This document shows positions 9,139 to 19,218 of a DNA stretch of 64,000 bases, piece by piece; positions within the stretch are counted from its first letter, which is position 1, and each line of letters opens with the position of its first letter. This DNA comes from an uncultured Verrucomicrobiae bacterium (GTDB taxonomy: Bacteria; Verrucomicrobiota; Verrucomicrobiia; Chthoniobacterales; UBA10450): NCBI GenBank assembly GCA_963735805.1, contig CAVTMK010000002.1, forward strand, positions 1,568,001 to 1,632,000. Direction: 5' to 3'. The notes beneath the pieces are model-generated. The model did no database searches, was not told the DNA's origin, and saw only the letters and a list, made by a program, of their open reading frames with translations. The position numbers and the translations under genes were made by a program.

Positions 9139-11616
9139 CTAGCTTGCCGGAGAGGCGGCGGCGCTATTTTGAGCCTGCGGCTCGGCAACGTGAAAGCTGA
9201 GCTTTCCGTCAGTAGCCGTCACTTCGACGTGGTCTCCCGCCTTCACGTTCCCGCGGAGCAATTCCTCCGCCAGCGGATCTTCGAGATAACGTTCCACGGC
9301 ACGCCGCATCGGCCGCGCTCCATACTGAGGATCGTAGCCTTTCTCGATCAGAAATTCTTTCGCGCTTTGTTTTAAGTCAATATGGACGTCCTTGGCTTTG
9401 ATCCGTATGAGAACTTTGTTCACCTCCAGCTCAACGATGCGCAACAACTCCGGTTTACCAAGCGAGTGGAAGACAATGATTTCATCCAGGCGGTTAAGAA
9501 ATTCGGGTTTAAAAACGCGTTTGCTTTCGTCGAGAATTTTGTCGCGCATCGAATCATAATCATGCCCTTCCATCGGTGCGCCAAAGCCCATCACTGTCTG
9601 TTTCTTCAGCAAGTCGGCTCCGACGTTGGAAGTCATGATGATAATCGTGTTGCGGAAATCGATCTTGCGCCCTAACGAGTCGGTGATTTTGCCGTCCTCG
9701 AGAATTTGCAAAAGGAGGTGCATCACGTCGGGATGCGCCTTTTCGATTTCGTCAAACAGGACAACCGAATACGGCCGGCGACGTACCGCTTCGGAAAGTT
9801 GTCCACCCTCCTCGTATCCGACATATCCGGGCGGCGACCCAATCAGACGCGAAGCAGTGAATTTTTCCATGTACTCCGACATGTCGATCTGAATTAACGC
9901 GTCGGAATCACCGAACATGAATTCAGCGAGCGTCCGGGCAAGATAAGTTTTGCCGACACCAGTAGGGCCAAGAAAAACAAATGAACCGATCGGCCGTCTT
10001 GGATCTTTCAAATCCGCGCGGGAGCGCCGCAAAGCCTTGCTGATCGCGGTAACCGCTTCGTCCTGGCCAATGACGCGTTGCTTCATCTCAGCCTCCATCA
10101 TCAGCAGCTTTTGTGTTTCCTCCTGCTCCATGCGCTGCAGAGGCACGCCCGTCACTTTCGAGATGATGTGCATCATGTCGTCGGCCGTCACCACCACCTC
10201 TTTCTCTTCCCGTTCCTCGCGCCATTTATTCAGAATGCCATCGAGTTTCTCCTTGGTTTGCTTCTCTTTATCCCGGAGCGATGCCGCCTTCTCAAAATCC
10301 TGCGCCTTGATCGCCCCTTCCTTTTCCACGCGAATTTCTTCTATTTCCTTCTCGATGTCCTTTACATCCGGCGGCCGCGTCATGGAATTGATGCGCGCGC
10401 GCGCACCTGCTTCGTCCATAACGTCGATGGCCTTGTCGGGAAGAAATCGTCCGGTGATATAACGATCGGAGAACCTAACAGCTGTCTCCAGCGCTTCATC
10501 GGTGAGTTTCGCTTTGTGATGCGCTTCATACTTCGGACGCAGACCCTTCAGGATCTGAATAGCTTCGTCGACTGTCGGTGCATCTACCTTTATCGTCTGG
10601 AAGCGGCGTTCGAGAGCCGCGTCCTTCTCGATGTACTTGCGGTATTCGTTCATCGTAGTCGCGCCAACGCATTGCAATTCACCGCGGCTAAGTGCGGGCT
10701 TGATAATGTTCGAGGCGTCCATGGCGCCTTCGGCAGAACCAGCTCCGACGATTGTGTGCAGCTCATCGATAAAAAGGATGACGTTCTTAGAACGGCGGAT
10801 CTCATCCATCACCGCTTTGATTCGCTCTTCGAACTGACCGCGGTATTTTGTGCCGGCTACCATTAACGCCAGATCAAGGGTGATTACGCGTCTGTCGCGC
10901 AGCAATTCAGGCACGTTGCCGCTGGCAATCTCCTGGGCCAGCCCTTCAGCAATAGCCGTTTTGCCAACACCCGCTTCGCCGATCAGAACAGGATTGTTCT
11001 TCGTCCTTCGGCAAAGCACTTGAATGACCCGCTCAATTTCATTTCGCCGGCCAATCACCGGATCGAGTTCGCCTTTCTTTGCCAAATCAGTCAGGTCGCG
11101 GCCAAATGCGCGAAGGGCGGGCGTCTTGACGTCTTTCTTCGTCGGTTCACCGCTTTCCTGCTCCGACTCGGAAGGGGTGAAGTTCGGATCGAGTTCCTTG
11201 AGGATCTCGTTTCGCGTGCGTTCGATGTCCAGCTCAAGACTCTTGAGTACTCTTGCGGCAACCCCCTCGCCTTCTCTTAAAAGTCCAAGCAAAATATGTT
11301 CGGTGCCGACATAGGAATGGTTGAGCGCCTTGGCTTCCTTACCCGCAAGCGCCAGCACTTTTTTGACGCGAGGAGTGTAGGGAACGTTCCCGACCATCTT
11401 GGTTTCCGGTCCGGAACCCACCTGTTTCTCCACCTCCATGCGCACAGTCTCAAGATCGAGACCCATTTTCTGAAGGACGTTAACGGCTACTCCCTGGCCT
11501 AGTTTGATAAGCCCTAGGAGCAGATGCTCGGTGCCGACGTAGTTGTGATTAAACCGATCGGCTTCCTTGCGAGCAAGCGCCAGAACCTGTTGAGCCCGGG
11601 GTGTGAAATTATTCAT
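9139..11616 (-). CDS. clpC: ATP-dependent Clp protease ATPase subunit ClpC
   Basis: Clp N repeats, two AAA+ modules ([16 protein letters not shown]), UVR middle domain, MGF loop; ATG at 11616 overlaps the mcsB stop. Confidence 0.95.
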   Translation of the reverse strand: MNNFTPRAQQVLALARKEADRFNHNYVGTEHLLLGLIKLGQGVAVNVLQKMGLDLETVRMEVEKQVGSGPETKMVGNVPYTPRVKKVLALAGKEAKALNHSYVGTEHILLGLLREGEGVAARVLKSLELDIERTRNEILKELDPNFTPSESEQESGEPTKKDVKTPALRAFGRDLTDLAKKGELDPVIGRRNEIERVIQVLCRRTKNNPVLIGEAGVGKTAIAEGLAQEIASGNVPELLRDRRVITLDLALMVAGTKYRGQFEERIKAVMDEIRRSKNVILFIDELHTIVGAGSAEGAMDASNIIKPALSRGELQCVGATTMNEYRKYIEKDAALERRFQTIKVDAPTVDEAIQILKGLRPKYEAHHKAKLTDEALETAVRFSDRYITGRFLPDKAIDVMDEAGARARINSMTRPPDVKDIEKEIEEIRVEKEGAIKAQDFEKAASLRDKEKQTKEKLDGILNKWREEREEKEVVVTADDMMHIISKVTGVPLQRMEQEETQKLLMMEAEMKQRVIGQDEAVTAISKALRRSRADLKDPRRPIGSFVFLGPTGVGKTYLARTLAEFMFGDSDALIQIDMSEYMEKFTASRLIGSPPGYVGYEEGGQLSEAVRRRPYSVVLFDEIEKAHPDVMHLLLQILEDGKITDSLGRKIDFRNTIIIMTSNVGADLLKKQTVMGFGAPMEGHDYDSMRDKILDESKRVFKPEFLNRLDEIIVFHSLGKPELLRIVELEVNKVLIRIKAKDVHIDLKQSAKEFLIEKGYDPQYGARPMRRAVERYLEDPLAEELLRGNVKAGDHVEVTATDGKLSFHVAEPQAQNSAAASPAS

Positions 11617-12733
11617 CGTTCGATGGGAGGACAATCGAGTCTCCGCCTGATTGCCTCGCCATCTTACTAATATCAGGTTTAGGAAAGAGTTTCAAACGCT
11701 CGCGAATAATTTGCGCGCGCAAATGGTCGCGTTCTTCAGCGTTCAGTTTTTGTTGAGAGCTTTTCTGTAAATGCGCCGGCTGCGTTTCAATGAACAATTC
11801 ATCGATTTGCAGACGTCGATCTTCCGGAAACGCGCCCAAGTCCGTCCCGAGTTTGATGATCGAAAGCAGGTTGAGTGCTTCCTTTGAAGCCATTGCGTGC
11901 GCGTACGTCAAAACGCCGTACGCGCGGCCGATCTGATCCAAGAGCGTATTTGGTTTTTTCTGAAGCAACAACTCGCGGGCGTTGTGTTCCTTTTCGATGA
12001 TTGTTTCGATTACCTTGCTGAGACGATTGATGATCTCCTCTTCCTTTTCACCGAGCGTGGTCTGATTTGAAATTTGGAAAAGATTGCCCATGGCCTCCGT
12101 TCCCTCGCCATAAAGACCACGCACCGCGAGTCCGATTTTGCTCACGGCTTGAATGACTTGGTTAATCAGCTCACTCAGAACAAGCCCTGGCAGATGCAAC
12201 ATCGCGGAAGCCCGCATTCCGGTACCGACGTTGGTAGGACATGCGGTCAGGTATCCGAGCCGGGCATCGAAAGCGAAGTCCAGTTTGCTTTCGAGCGCGG
12301 TATCAATTTTATCAACAAGCTTAAATGCCTGTTTCAATTGCAGACCGGAACGAATCGATTGCATCCGCAAATGATCTTCCTCGTTAATCATGATGCTAAG
12401 GGTTTGTCGCCGATTCACGACAACAGCGCTGCCGGCGCCCTTGGCGGCATGCTCGCGACTGATAAGGTGACGCTCCACCAGCACCTGCCTGTCCAGTGCC
12501 GACAGATCCTGCAAGCTCTCCGCAAACGCTTCCTGCATTTCCGGAAGCGCTTCCACACGCGACCTGATCAACTCCAGGATCGAACCGCGTTCCGCCTTCT
12601 TCGCCCAACCCGGAAAAGGACGGTTGCGCAAGTTGCGAGCGAGCCGCACACGGCTGCTGATTACAATTTGGTGATGAGGTCCCTCACCGCGCAACCATTC
12701 GCCCGCAGTGGTCAGGACGTTGGAAAGTTTCAT
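11609..12733 (-). CDS. mcsB: Protein arginine kinase McsB
   Basis: SSRVRLARN, NEEDH, CPTNVGTG; between mcsA and clpC. Confidence 0.93.
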   Translation of the reverse strand: MKLSNVLTTAGEWLRGEGPHHQIVISSRVRLARNLRNRPFPGWAKKAERGSILELIRSRVEALPEMQEAFAESLQDLSALDRQVLVERHLISREHAAKGAGSAVVVNRRQTLSIMINEEDHLRMQSIRSGLQLKQAFKLVDKIDTALESKLDFAFDARLGYLTACPTNVGTGMRASAMLHLPGLVLSELINQVIQAVSKIGLAVRGLYGEGTEAMGNLFQISNQTTLGEKEEEIINRLSKVIETIIEKEHNARELLLQKKPNTLLDQIGRAYGVLTYAHAMASKEALNLLSIIKLGTDLGAFPEDRRLQIDELFIETQPAHLQKSSQQKLNAEERDHLRAQIIRERLKLFPKPDISKMARQSGGDSIVLPSNDE

Positions 12734-13227
12734 GGCGATTTCGAGAGCTCGTTCTCGAGTTGTTTGATTTGATCCCGCAACGAAGCGGCCGTCTCGTAGT
12801 TTTCGTCCGCAACAGCCTTCTGCAGGTTTTCGGCCAAGGACCGCATCTGATGGTTAAGTGCCACCGCCCGCTGCGCCCGTTCGGGAAATTTTCCGATGTG
12901 TTCAGTGCCTTTGTGCATCGCTTTTAAAAGGGAACCAAGACCATCCCCGAAGGTGGCATAACACTCGCTGCAGCCGAGGCGTCCGGTTTTTTTGAAGTCA
13001 GCCTGACTAAACCCGCACACTGCGCATTTCTGTGTAGATCCACCTTTTTCAATTTCTTCCGCTGCTCCGATGCCAAGCAGCAAATCCGCGAGCGCGAAGC
13101 CGGTGGGATCTTGGACCCCCTTCTCTTTCGAGCATGCATCGCAGAGATTCACCTTTTGCATTTTGCCTTCCAGAATTTGCGTCAGGAAGACCGTCGCATC
13201 ATTACATTTGCAAACGTCGCACAACAT
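12730..13227 (-). CDS. mcsA: McsA (CXXC and UVR-domain activator)
   Basis: Four CXXC motifs, C-terminal ENYETAASLRDQI; ATGA overlap with mcsB. Confidence 0.92.
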   Translation of the reverse strand: MLCDVCKCNDATVFLTQILEGKMQKVNLCDACSKEKGVQDPTGFALADLLLGIGAAEEIEKGGSTQKCAVCGFSQADFKKTGRLGCSECYATFGDGLGSLLKAMHKGTEHIGKFPERAQRAVALNHQMRSLAENLQKAVADENYETAASLRDQIKQLENELSKSP

Positions 13228-13316
13228 CTTTCTTAATTAGACTTTGCTAGTTTGGAAACATTCAACCCCGATATTTCCGCGACGTTTTCTGCGTCAGAGC
13301 CGGACGTGGTCAATTT

Positions 13317-14306
13317 TTAGGCGAAAATTGGGGTACCGGTTTCGCGGGTTACCTCGCGGAAGCGCGCGATGATCCGCGCAGTAATGGGACCTGGTTTTCC
13401 GTTACCGATCGAACGTCCATCGGCTCTTACAACGGGGACAATCTCTGCAGCAGTGCCCGTAAGAAAGCATTCGTCGGCCACGAAAACGTCATGGCGTGTG
13501 ATGTCAGCTTCCAGAACCTTGATGCCGAGTTCGGCCGCAATTTCAAAGACCAGCGAACGCGTAATCCCTCGCAACGCTCCGGCTGTGACTGGCGGCGTAC
13601 TGATTTGACCGTGTTTCACGATGAACACGTTGTCAGCTGTACATTCGGCAACATTGCCCGCGTCATTCAGCATGAGTGCTTCGTCCGCGCCTGCCAAATT
13701 TGCCTCGATCCGCGCCATCACATTATTCAAATAATTAAGGGATTTGACCGCCGGATTGAGCGCAGCCGGGTTACTGCGCCGCGTAGCGCAGGTCACGATC
13801 GTTAATCCTTTCCGATAAAAATCTTCGTGATAAAGGGCAATCGTTGCCGCAATGATAATCACGCTTGGAGATTTACATTGCGTTGGATTCAAACCTAAAT
13901 TTCCAATCCCGCGCGTGACCAGCAGCCGAATATACCCGTCGCGCAAGTGATTTTGCCGAATCGTCTCGAGCACGGCTTCAGTCATGGCTCGCATCGTCAT
14001 GGGAACTTCCAGGCAGATCGACCGCGCCGAATCCCACAGCCTATGAAGATGTTCTTCCAGTCGGAAGACGCGGCCATTGTAAAAGCGAATTCCTTCGAAA
14101 ACTCCGTCGCCATAAAGCAATCCATGATCGAACACGGATATTTTCGCGTTGGCTTCCGAGTAAAATTTTCCGTCGATGTAAATCTTCGCGTCCTTCACAC
14201 CCGTTGTCCGACGCGGTCGACTTTCGACTGCGGGTTCGATTACAGCCTCGGGACCAAGCTTATGAACTTTGGGTTCGTCTAACACCGGCGCATCAGTGGT
14301 TTTCAT
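13317..14306 (-). CDS. ilvE: Branched-chain amino acid aminotransferase
   Basis: YGDGVFEGIR, KSLNY, LRGITR, GTAAEI. Confidence 0.93.
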   Translation of the reverse strand: MKTTDAPVLDEPKVHKLGPEAVIEPAVESRPRRTTGVKDAKIYIDGKFYSEANAKISVFDHGLLYGDGVFEGIRFYNGRVFRLEEHLHRLWDSARSICLEVPMTMRAMTEAVLETIRQNHLRDGYIRLLVTRGIGNLGLNPTQCKSPSVIIIAATIALYHEDFYRKGLTIVTCATRRSNPAALNPAVKSLNYLNNVMARIEANLAGADEALMLNDAGNVAECTADNVFIVKHGQISTPPVTAGALRGITRSLVFEIAAELGIKVLEADITRHDVFVADECFLTGTAAEIVPVVRADGRSIGNGKPGPITARIIARFREVTRETGTPIFA

Positions 14307-14365
14307 AGTGGTACGAAAATGTCCAACGCTTAAGCGGGCAATTCAAGTTGCAAAAATGAAAAGCT

Positions 14366-15037
14366 CTACTGCAACACGCCGTCCTTGATGTGCAGTTGAC
14401 GGTCACCCCGTGCTGCAAGGCGAGCATCGTGTGTCACCACGAGCAGTGTCATTTTCCGCGAACGCGTCAGATTCAGTAACAGATCCATAATGGCATCCCC
14501 GGTTTTCGAATCGAGATTTCCAGTTGGTTCATCAGCAAAGATGATTTCGGGATCATTCGTTAACGCCCGAGCGATCGCCACGCGCTGTTGTTCTCCTCCT
14601 GAGAGTTCCGCTGGCAGATGATGCACACGGGCAGCCAAACCAACGGCCGCCAGACTTTCGGCGGCGCGCTGTTCGGAGGATTTTCCACCGATCATCCCCG
14701 GCAGCGAGACGTTCTCCAGCGCAGTCAGCTCTGGCAGCAAAAAATATCCCTGAAATATGAAACCCATTTTCCGATTTCGAAAACGCGCCTGAGACGCGGA
14801 GGTGCCATTATAAAGATTTCGTCCTTCAAATTCGACCGTCCCTGATTGGGGACGCTCCAACCCTGCGAGAGTGTACAGAAGCGTGGTCTTGCCTGCACCC
14901 GAAGCGCCGGAAAGAAAGACCGCTTCGTTGCGAGCAACATTCAAGGAGATACCGCGCAAGACCTCGATCCGGCGAGCGCCCATTCGGAATGACTGGAAAA
15001 GATCGCGCGCCACCAATTGCGGAGTTGCCGTGTCCAT
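14366..15037 (-). CDS. LolD-like ABC ATPase
   Basis: GASGAGKT, LSGGEQQR, ADEPTGNLD; ATG at 15037. Confidence 0.85.
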   Translation of the reverse strand: MDTATPQLVARDLFQSFRMGARRIEVLRGISLNVARNEAVFLSGASGAGKTTLLYTLAGLERPQSGTVEFEGRNLYNGTSASQARFRNRKMGFIFQGYFLLPELTALENVSLPGMIGGKSSEQRAAESLAAVGLAARVHHLPAELSGGEQQRVAIARALTNDPEIIFADEPTGNLDSKTGDAIMDLLLNLTRSRKMTLLVVTHDARLAARGDRQLHIKDGVLQ

Positions 15038-15111
15038 CGACGAAGTTTGTCCTCTTATCTGCCGCAAACGCAACGCGAATACAAGAGCGTCTCGCTGGTA
15101 TGTACGCCAGA

Positions 15112-15142
15112 AAGCCGCCGTTGAGGTAATCGACGGCGGCTT
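15112..15142 (-). terminator. Probable intrinsic terminator
   Basis: aagccgccg...cggcggctt hairpin about 20 nt after the stop at 15162. Confidence 0.6.
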
Positions 15143-15161
15143 CCCAGTTAATAAAAATCTG

Positions 15162-16181
15162 TCACGTCATTCCCAACGAACTCAATGTTGGCTGATCAAT
15201 CGCTGAGGTCGCATATAAGCCATGATCGGCTTGGTAAGCTGCAATCGCCTGCCGTGTAAGTGGCCCGAGCAGGCCGTCTACTTCGCCTTGATAATATCCT
15301 TGCTCTTGTAGTGCGGCCTGGACGTTGGCGACTACCTGATCGGGCGGCAAGCTGTTATAGGCATAGATCGGGCCATCATAAGCGTAATACGAATTGGGAG
15401 CGTAGCCCCACGCTGGGTACCACCAGCCGGAATTCCAGTAATACCATCCGCCATATACGAAAACGACGCGGTTGTAATGATTCCGCCACCAACCTCTGTC
15501 ATGCCACACCGGTCTGTAATTCCGGAAGGCCCAATAGTTCTTGCCCTGCCAATGCTGACTTCCCTGGATCTGTCGGTTTTGCTGAAACTTCACAGCAGTG
15601 TATTTCGTCGAGCGCGTATTCGAAGCCAGATTGAAGTGTTGCGCGTTGTATTTTTTACCGTTCGATTGAAACGCAGCGGCAGAAGCTTTGTTGTTCTTCC
15701 ACTGTTGGGTCTTCTTGGCATTGGCTCCAGCGTTCGTATATTGTGCCTTCTTCGCGTTCTGCGCGGCGATTTGCCGAGAACCGGCACTGGACTTTTTCAC
15801 ATTCGCCCCAGACTGAGACACCTGCCTGTTTACGGTTTGTTGGCCTTGTTTTGTCTTCTTGGTCGTATATCGCGCGGCTTGGTTACTCTGTGTAGCGACT
15901 TCGTGGGGACTCTTTTTCGTCGTTTTTATATTCGATCTCGACTGATAAACCTGATTATTGACGCCCTGGCGCCCTTTTGTTGACTGATAGGATGTTGGCT
16001 TGGTGGCAGGCTGATAGTGCTTGGGCGCTACCTTTTTCGGAGCGGCCGCAGGACGTGCGTGCTGCGTCGACTGAGGCGGCCTGCTCTTCTGCGCTTGTTT
16101 TTTTGATTTGTTGTCATTTTGCGCAGCGCCTGCGGAACAAGCCAGCGCGAGGCTGCAAGCTAAAATTAGAAATGTTCTCAT
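15162..16181 (-). CDS. Secreted low-complexity protein with C-terminal peptidoglycan-binding domain
   Basis: Signal peptide, K/Q/S/T-rich region, aromatic WHDRGWW..YGGWYYW block, VQAALQEQGYY..DGLLGPLTRQAI (PG_binding_1). Confidence 0.85.
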   Translation of the reverse strand: MRTFLILACSLALACSAGAAQNDNKSKKQAQKSRPPQSTQHARPAAAPKKVAPKHYQPATKPTSYQSTKGRQGVNNQVYQSRSNIKTTKKSPHEVATQSNQAARYTTKKTKQGQQTVNRQVSQSGANVKKSSAGSRQIAAQNAKKAQYTNAGANAKKTQQWKNNKASAAAFQSNGKKYNAQHFNLASNTRSTKYTAVKFQQNRQIQGSQHWQGKNYWAFRNYRPVWHDRGWWRNHYNRVVFVYGGWYYWNSGWWYPAWGYAPNSYYAYDGPIYAYNSLPPDQVVANVQAALQEQGYYQGEVDGLLGPLTRQAIAAYQADHGLYATSAIDQPTLSSLGMT

Positions 16182-16301
16182 AGTTTTCTTTTCTGACTGG
16201 TTAGATGTTTACGCTTTATATTTTATTCAATGTCGGAGGGAATGCTTTAGTTGCGCAATGTGGCACAAAAGCCAAGAATTCCATTGCATGCACCGATGCC
16301 G

Positions 16302-16384
16302 CTAAACTAGCTTCTGTTTCTCTTCTGCACCGCCCGCGACCGATGCGACGGCAATACGCAAATCAAAACCAACAACGTTCTCAT
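16302..16384 (-). pseudogene. Frameshifted 5' remnant of a paralog of the 15162-16181 gene
   Basis: MRTLLVLICV then, after a shift, IAVASVAGGAEEKQK versus MRTFLILACSLALACSAGAAQNDNK; similar upstream gaaagaaaa. Confidence 0.5.
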
Positions 16385-16507
16385 AAACTTTTTCTTTCAG
16401 CCTTTTTGGACATTCCCAAGGATCACCTATTCAACGTCGCAGCGTCATTTTCTGGATGTCTCTTTGCGAGTTCGGAGCCATCTTGACGTTCGTCATGCGC
16501 ATACAAC

Positions 16508-16542
16508 AAAAAAGGCCGCACAGTAGTCGCTATGCAGCCTTT
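16508..16542 (-). terminator. Intrinsic terminator
   Basis: Minus strand GGCUGCAUAG-loop-CUGUGCGGCC followed by U6. Confidence 0.75.
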
Positions 16543-16560
16543 GACAGAGCGAGTTCTTCC

Positions 16561-17553
16561 TTATGCTACACCCAACGTTTGCAAGGTTGGTTGATCAACC
16601 GCCGAGGTAACCTCTAGCCCATTGTCGGCCTGAAACGCTGCCAATGCGGCCCGCGTTTGCGGCCCCATATCACCGTCGACCGCTCCGCCGTAATAGCCTT
16701 GGTCTCGCAATGCGACCTGGACATTTACAACGACTTGGTCGGGCGTCAGATTCGCATAACCGGTGTAAATAGGTCCGTCATATGGATACCATGCATACGG
16801 GTCATAGCCCCATGCTGGATACCAGTATCCAGTATTCCAGTACCACCACCCGCCCAGCACAAACACGATGCGCGAATGGTGATCTCTCCACCAGCCACGA
16901 TCATGCCACGTCCGGTTGTAATTGTGGAACGCAGCATATCTCGCATTGTTGAAACGAGCACTTCGCCAGTTATTAGTGACGCGGACATTTCCTGCCCGAT
17001 TATGCAACACGTTACGCGCCAGAATAAGATTTCTCTCCCGATTCACCGCCAGATTTCTGCGAGCGGCGTTTCTGGTGGCCTGAGTTACGCGCGCGTTCCG
17101 TGCTTGTAGCGTTTCCGCGCGATTGGTTCGCGGAACGTTCGCACGTGCGATATTTCTCTCACGATTTAGCGCCGCCCTGTTGCGCCCTGCAGTCCTCGCC
17201 TCATGATTCGCGACTTGCGAACCGCGCGCTCTCGCTGCGTCGGCTCTGACAGTTCGCCGCGTAGTTGTCCGAGCAACATTTCTCTCGTGCCCAACTGCCG
17301 CTCGGTTGCGGGATACGGTCCTGCGCTCGGCGGCATGCGTGCTAGCTCTCGCTGCACTTACATGGCTACTCCGTGAACTACGATTGACTCGTGCAAACGA
17401 ATGCCCTCCACCGCTTCTGGGTGAAACGACGTGCGCGCTGCGTGCCCCTCCACCTCTCGCTGACGCGTGCCCGCCTTTACCTCTTGGGGCCCCCCACGCC
17501 GTCAGCGCTAGCGCAAGGCTCCCGATGCATGTCAAAAACACAATACGTTTCAT
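16561..17553 (-). CDS. Secreted Arg/Ala-rich protein with C-terminal peptidoglycan-binding domain
   Basis: Paralog of 15162-16181; RNRAAxxxERNxAR repeats, WHDRGWW block, PG_binding_1. Confidence 0.85.
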   Translation of the reverse strand: MKRIVFLTCIGSLALALTAWGAPRGKGGHASARGGGARSAHVVSPRSGGGHSFARVNRSSRSSHVSAARASTHAAERRTVSRNRAAVGHERNVARTTTRRTVRADAARARGSQVANHEARTAGRNRAALNRERNIARANVPRTNRAETLQARNARVTQATRNAARRNLAVNRERNLILARNVLHNRAGNVRVTNNWRSARFNNARYAAFHNYNRTWHDRGWWRDHHSRIVFVLGGWWYWNTGYWYPAWGYDPYAWYPYDGPIYTGYANLTPDQVVVNVQVALRDQGYYGGAVDGDMGPQTRAALAAFQADNGLEVTSAVDQPTLQTLGVA

Positions 17554-17620
17554 GATTTCCCTTCTACTTTCCTTTACTGATTAAACTCCGGCCGTACCTG
17601 GCGGGTTGCGATGTTTCTGC

Positions 17621-18070
17621 TCAGCAATTCTGTTGACGAACGGCCTCAAACAACACAATTCCAACAGCCGTAGCGAGATTCAGACTGCGGGTTCGATTCA
17701 TTGGAATGCAAATGCAGCGATCATTATTGGCCGCAAGTAAACTCTCAGCGAGGCCTTTTGTCTCAGAACCAAACACGAGAAAATCGCCGCGGCGAAATTT
17801 TGCGTGGTAGTAAGGGTGCTTGCTCTTTGTTGTCAGGAAGAAATAATTTGCACCCGGTAGCTGGGATTCACGCAAAGTCTCGAACGAATCCCACAGTCTC
17901 AGGCTGACTTCGTTCCAATAATCGAGCCCTGCTCGTTTCAACTGGCGATCGTCGAGCGAAAAACCAAGCGGCTTGATCAAATGCAGCGTCGACTGAGTCG
18001 CGAGACAAAGCCGACCGATGTTGCCAGTGTTTGGCGGAATCTCCGGCCGCACCAGAACAACGTTAAACAT
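17621..18070 (-). CDS. trmL: tRNA (cytidine/uridine-2'-O)-methyltransferase
   Basis: PEIPPNTGNI, RAGLDYW, FGSETKGL, RSLNLA. Confidence 0.92.
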   Translation of the reverse strand: MFNVVLVRPEIPPNTGNIGRLCLATQSTLHLIKPLGFSLDDRQLKRAGLDYWNEVSLRLWDSFETLRESQLPGANYFFLTTKSKHPYYHAKFRRGDFLVFGSETKGLAESLLAANNDRCICIPMNRTRSLNLATAVGIVLFEAVRQQNC

Positions 18071-18121
18071 GCTGCAGCGAAGGTCGTTTTAATCCCGCTC
18101 GCCCGCGACGAGTCGCCGCAA

Positions 18122-19117
18122 CTAAAGTTTGCTCGCTACGAATTTTTCCAGCTTCACAACATCCGCCGCGAACTTCCGAATTCCTTCGCCCGTTTTCTCG
18201 TAAGCCATCGCATTGTCGTTCAGCATCCAGCGGAACGTCTTTTCGTCGAGCTCCAGTTTCTCAACCTTCGTCGACTTCGCTTTCTCCGGAGTGAGCTTCC
18301 GCTCGACTGGCTCGTTCGATTTCGAAAGCTCTTCCATCAATTCCGGGCTGATGGTCAAGCAATCGCATCCCGCCAGTTCCAGAATCTGCCCAATGTTCCG
18401 GAAGCTAGCACCCATTACTTCGGTCGGGATATCGAACTTCTTGTAATACGTATAAATCTCGGTAACTGACTGCACTCCAGGATCTTCCGCTCCAGAATAA
18501 TCGCGCTTCATCTCTTTTTTGTACCAATCGTAAATTCGCCCCACAAACGGCGAAATGAGCTTCACCTTCGCTTCCGCTGCGCGGACCGCCTGCGGCAACG
18601 AAAACAGCAGAGTCAAATTGCAGCGGATCCCCTCCTTTTGCAGCTGCTCCGCGGCTTTCAATCCTTCCCAGGTCGACGCGATTTTGATCAACACGCGCTC
18701 ACGCGGAATTTTTCGATCCTCGTAAAGCTTGATCAACTGGCGCGCTTTATTGATTGAACCATCGACGTCGTATGACAAGCGCGCGTCGGTCTCGGTCGAC
18801 ACGCGTCCCGGCACAATCTTGAGGATGTCAGTGCCGAACTGGACAAGTAGATGATCGCAAATGTCTTCGATTTGCGCCTGCCCCTTTAGACCTGATTTCT
18901 TCCGATCAGCGATTACCTCCTCGAGCAGATGCGCGTACTCCGGTTTTTGGGTGGCGGCGTAAACCAGGCTGGGATTCGTCGTCGCATCTTGCGGTCTGAA
19001 TTTCTTCATGGACTCAAAGTCCGCGGTGTCAGCGACAACTTGGGTAAACTTCTTCAGTTGCTCGAGCTGATTCAGTTTGGCTCCAGTCTTTTTCTCTTCA
19101 GCAATAACAGTGCTCAT
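18122..19117 (-). CDS. tal: Transaldolase
   Basis: [32 protein letters not shown]. Confidence 0.96.
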   Translation of the reverse strand: MSTVIAEEKKTGAKLNQLEQLKKFTQVVADTADFESMKKFRPQDATTNPSLVYAATQKPEYAHLLEEVIADRKKSGLKGQAQIEDICDHLLVQFGTDILKIVPGRVSTETDARLSYDVDGSINKARQLIKLYEDRKIPRERVLIKIASTWEGLKAAEQLQKEGIRCNLTLLFSLPQAVRAAEAKVKLISPFVGRIYDWYKKEMKRDYSGAEDPGVQSVTEIYTYYKKFDIPTEVMGASFRNIGQILELAGCDCLTISPELMEELSKSNEPVERKLTPEKAKSTKVEKLELDEKTFRWMLNDNAMAYEKTGEGIRKFAADVVKLEKFVASKL

Positions 19118-19218
19118 ATAAATTCTCCGTTTGGACTTCGTTTAAAACGTAGGCCTCGATCAAAAGATCGACAACGATAAAGTCTAGTTACTATTACTCG
19201 GCTGGTATGCCCGATGAG

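Noticed and set aside
10078..10866. Long antisense ORFs (e.g. 10078-10866, 12074-12772, 46769-47431, 53399-54049)
   Set aside because: Shadows of well-supported genes on the opposite strand.
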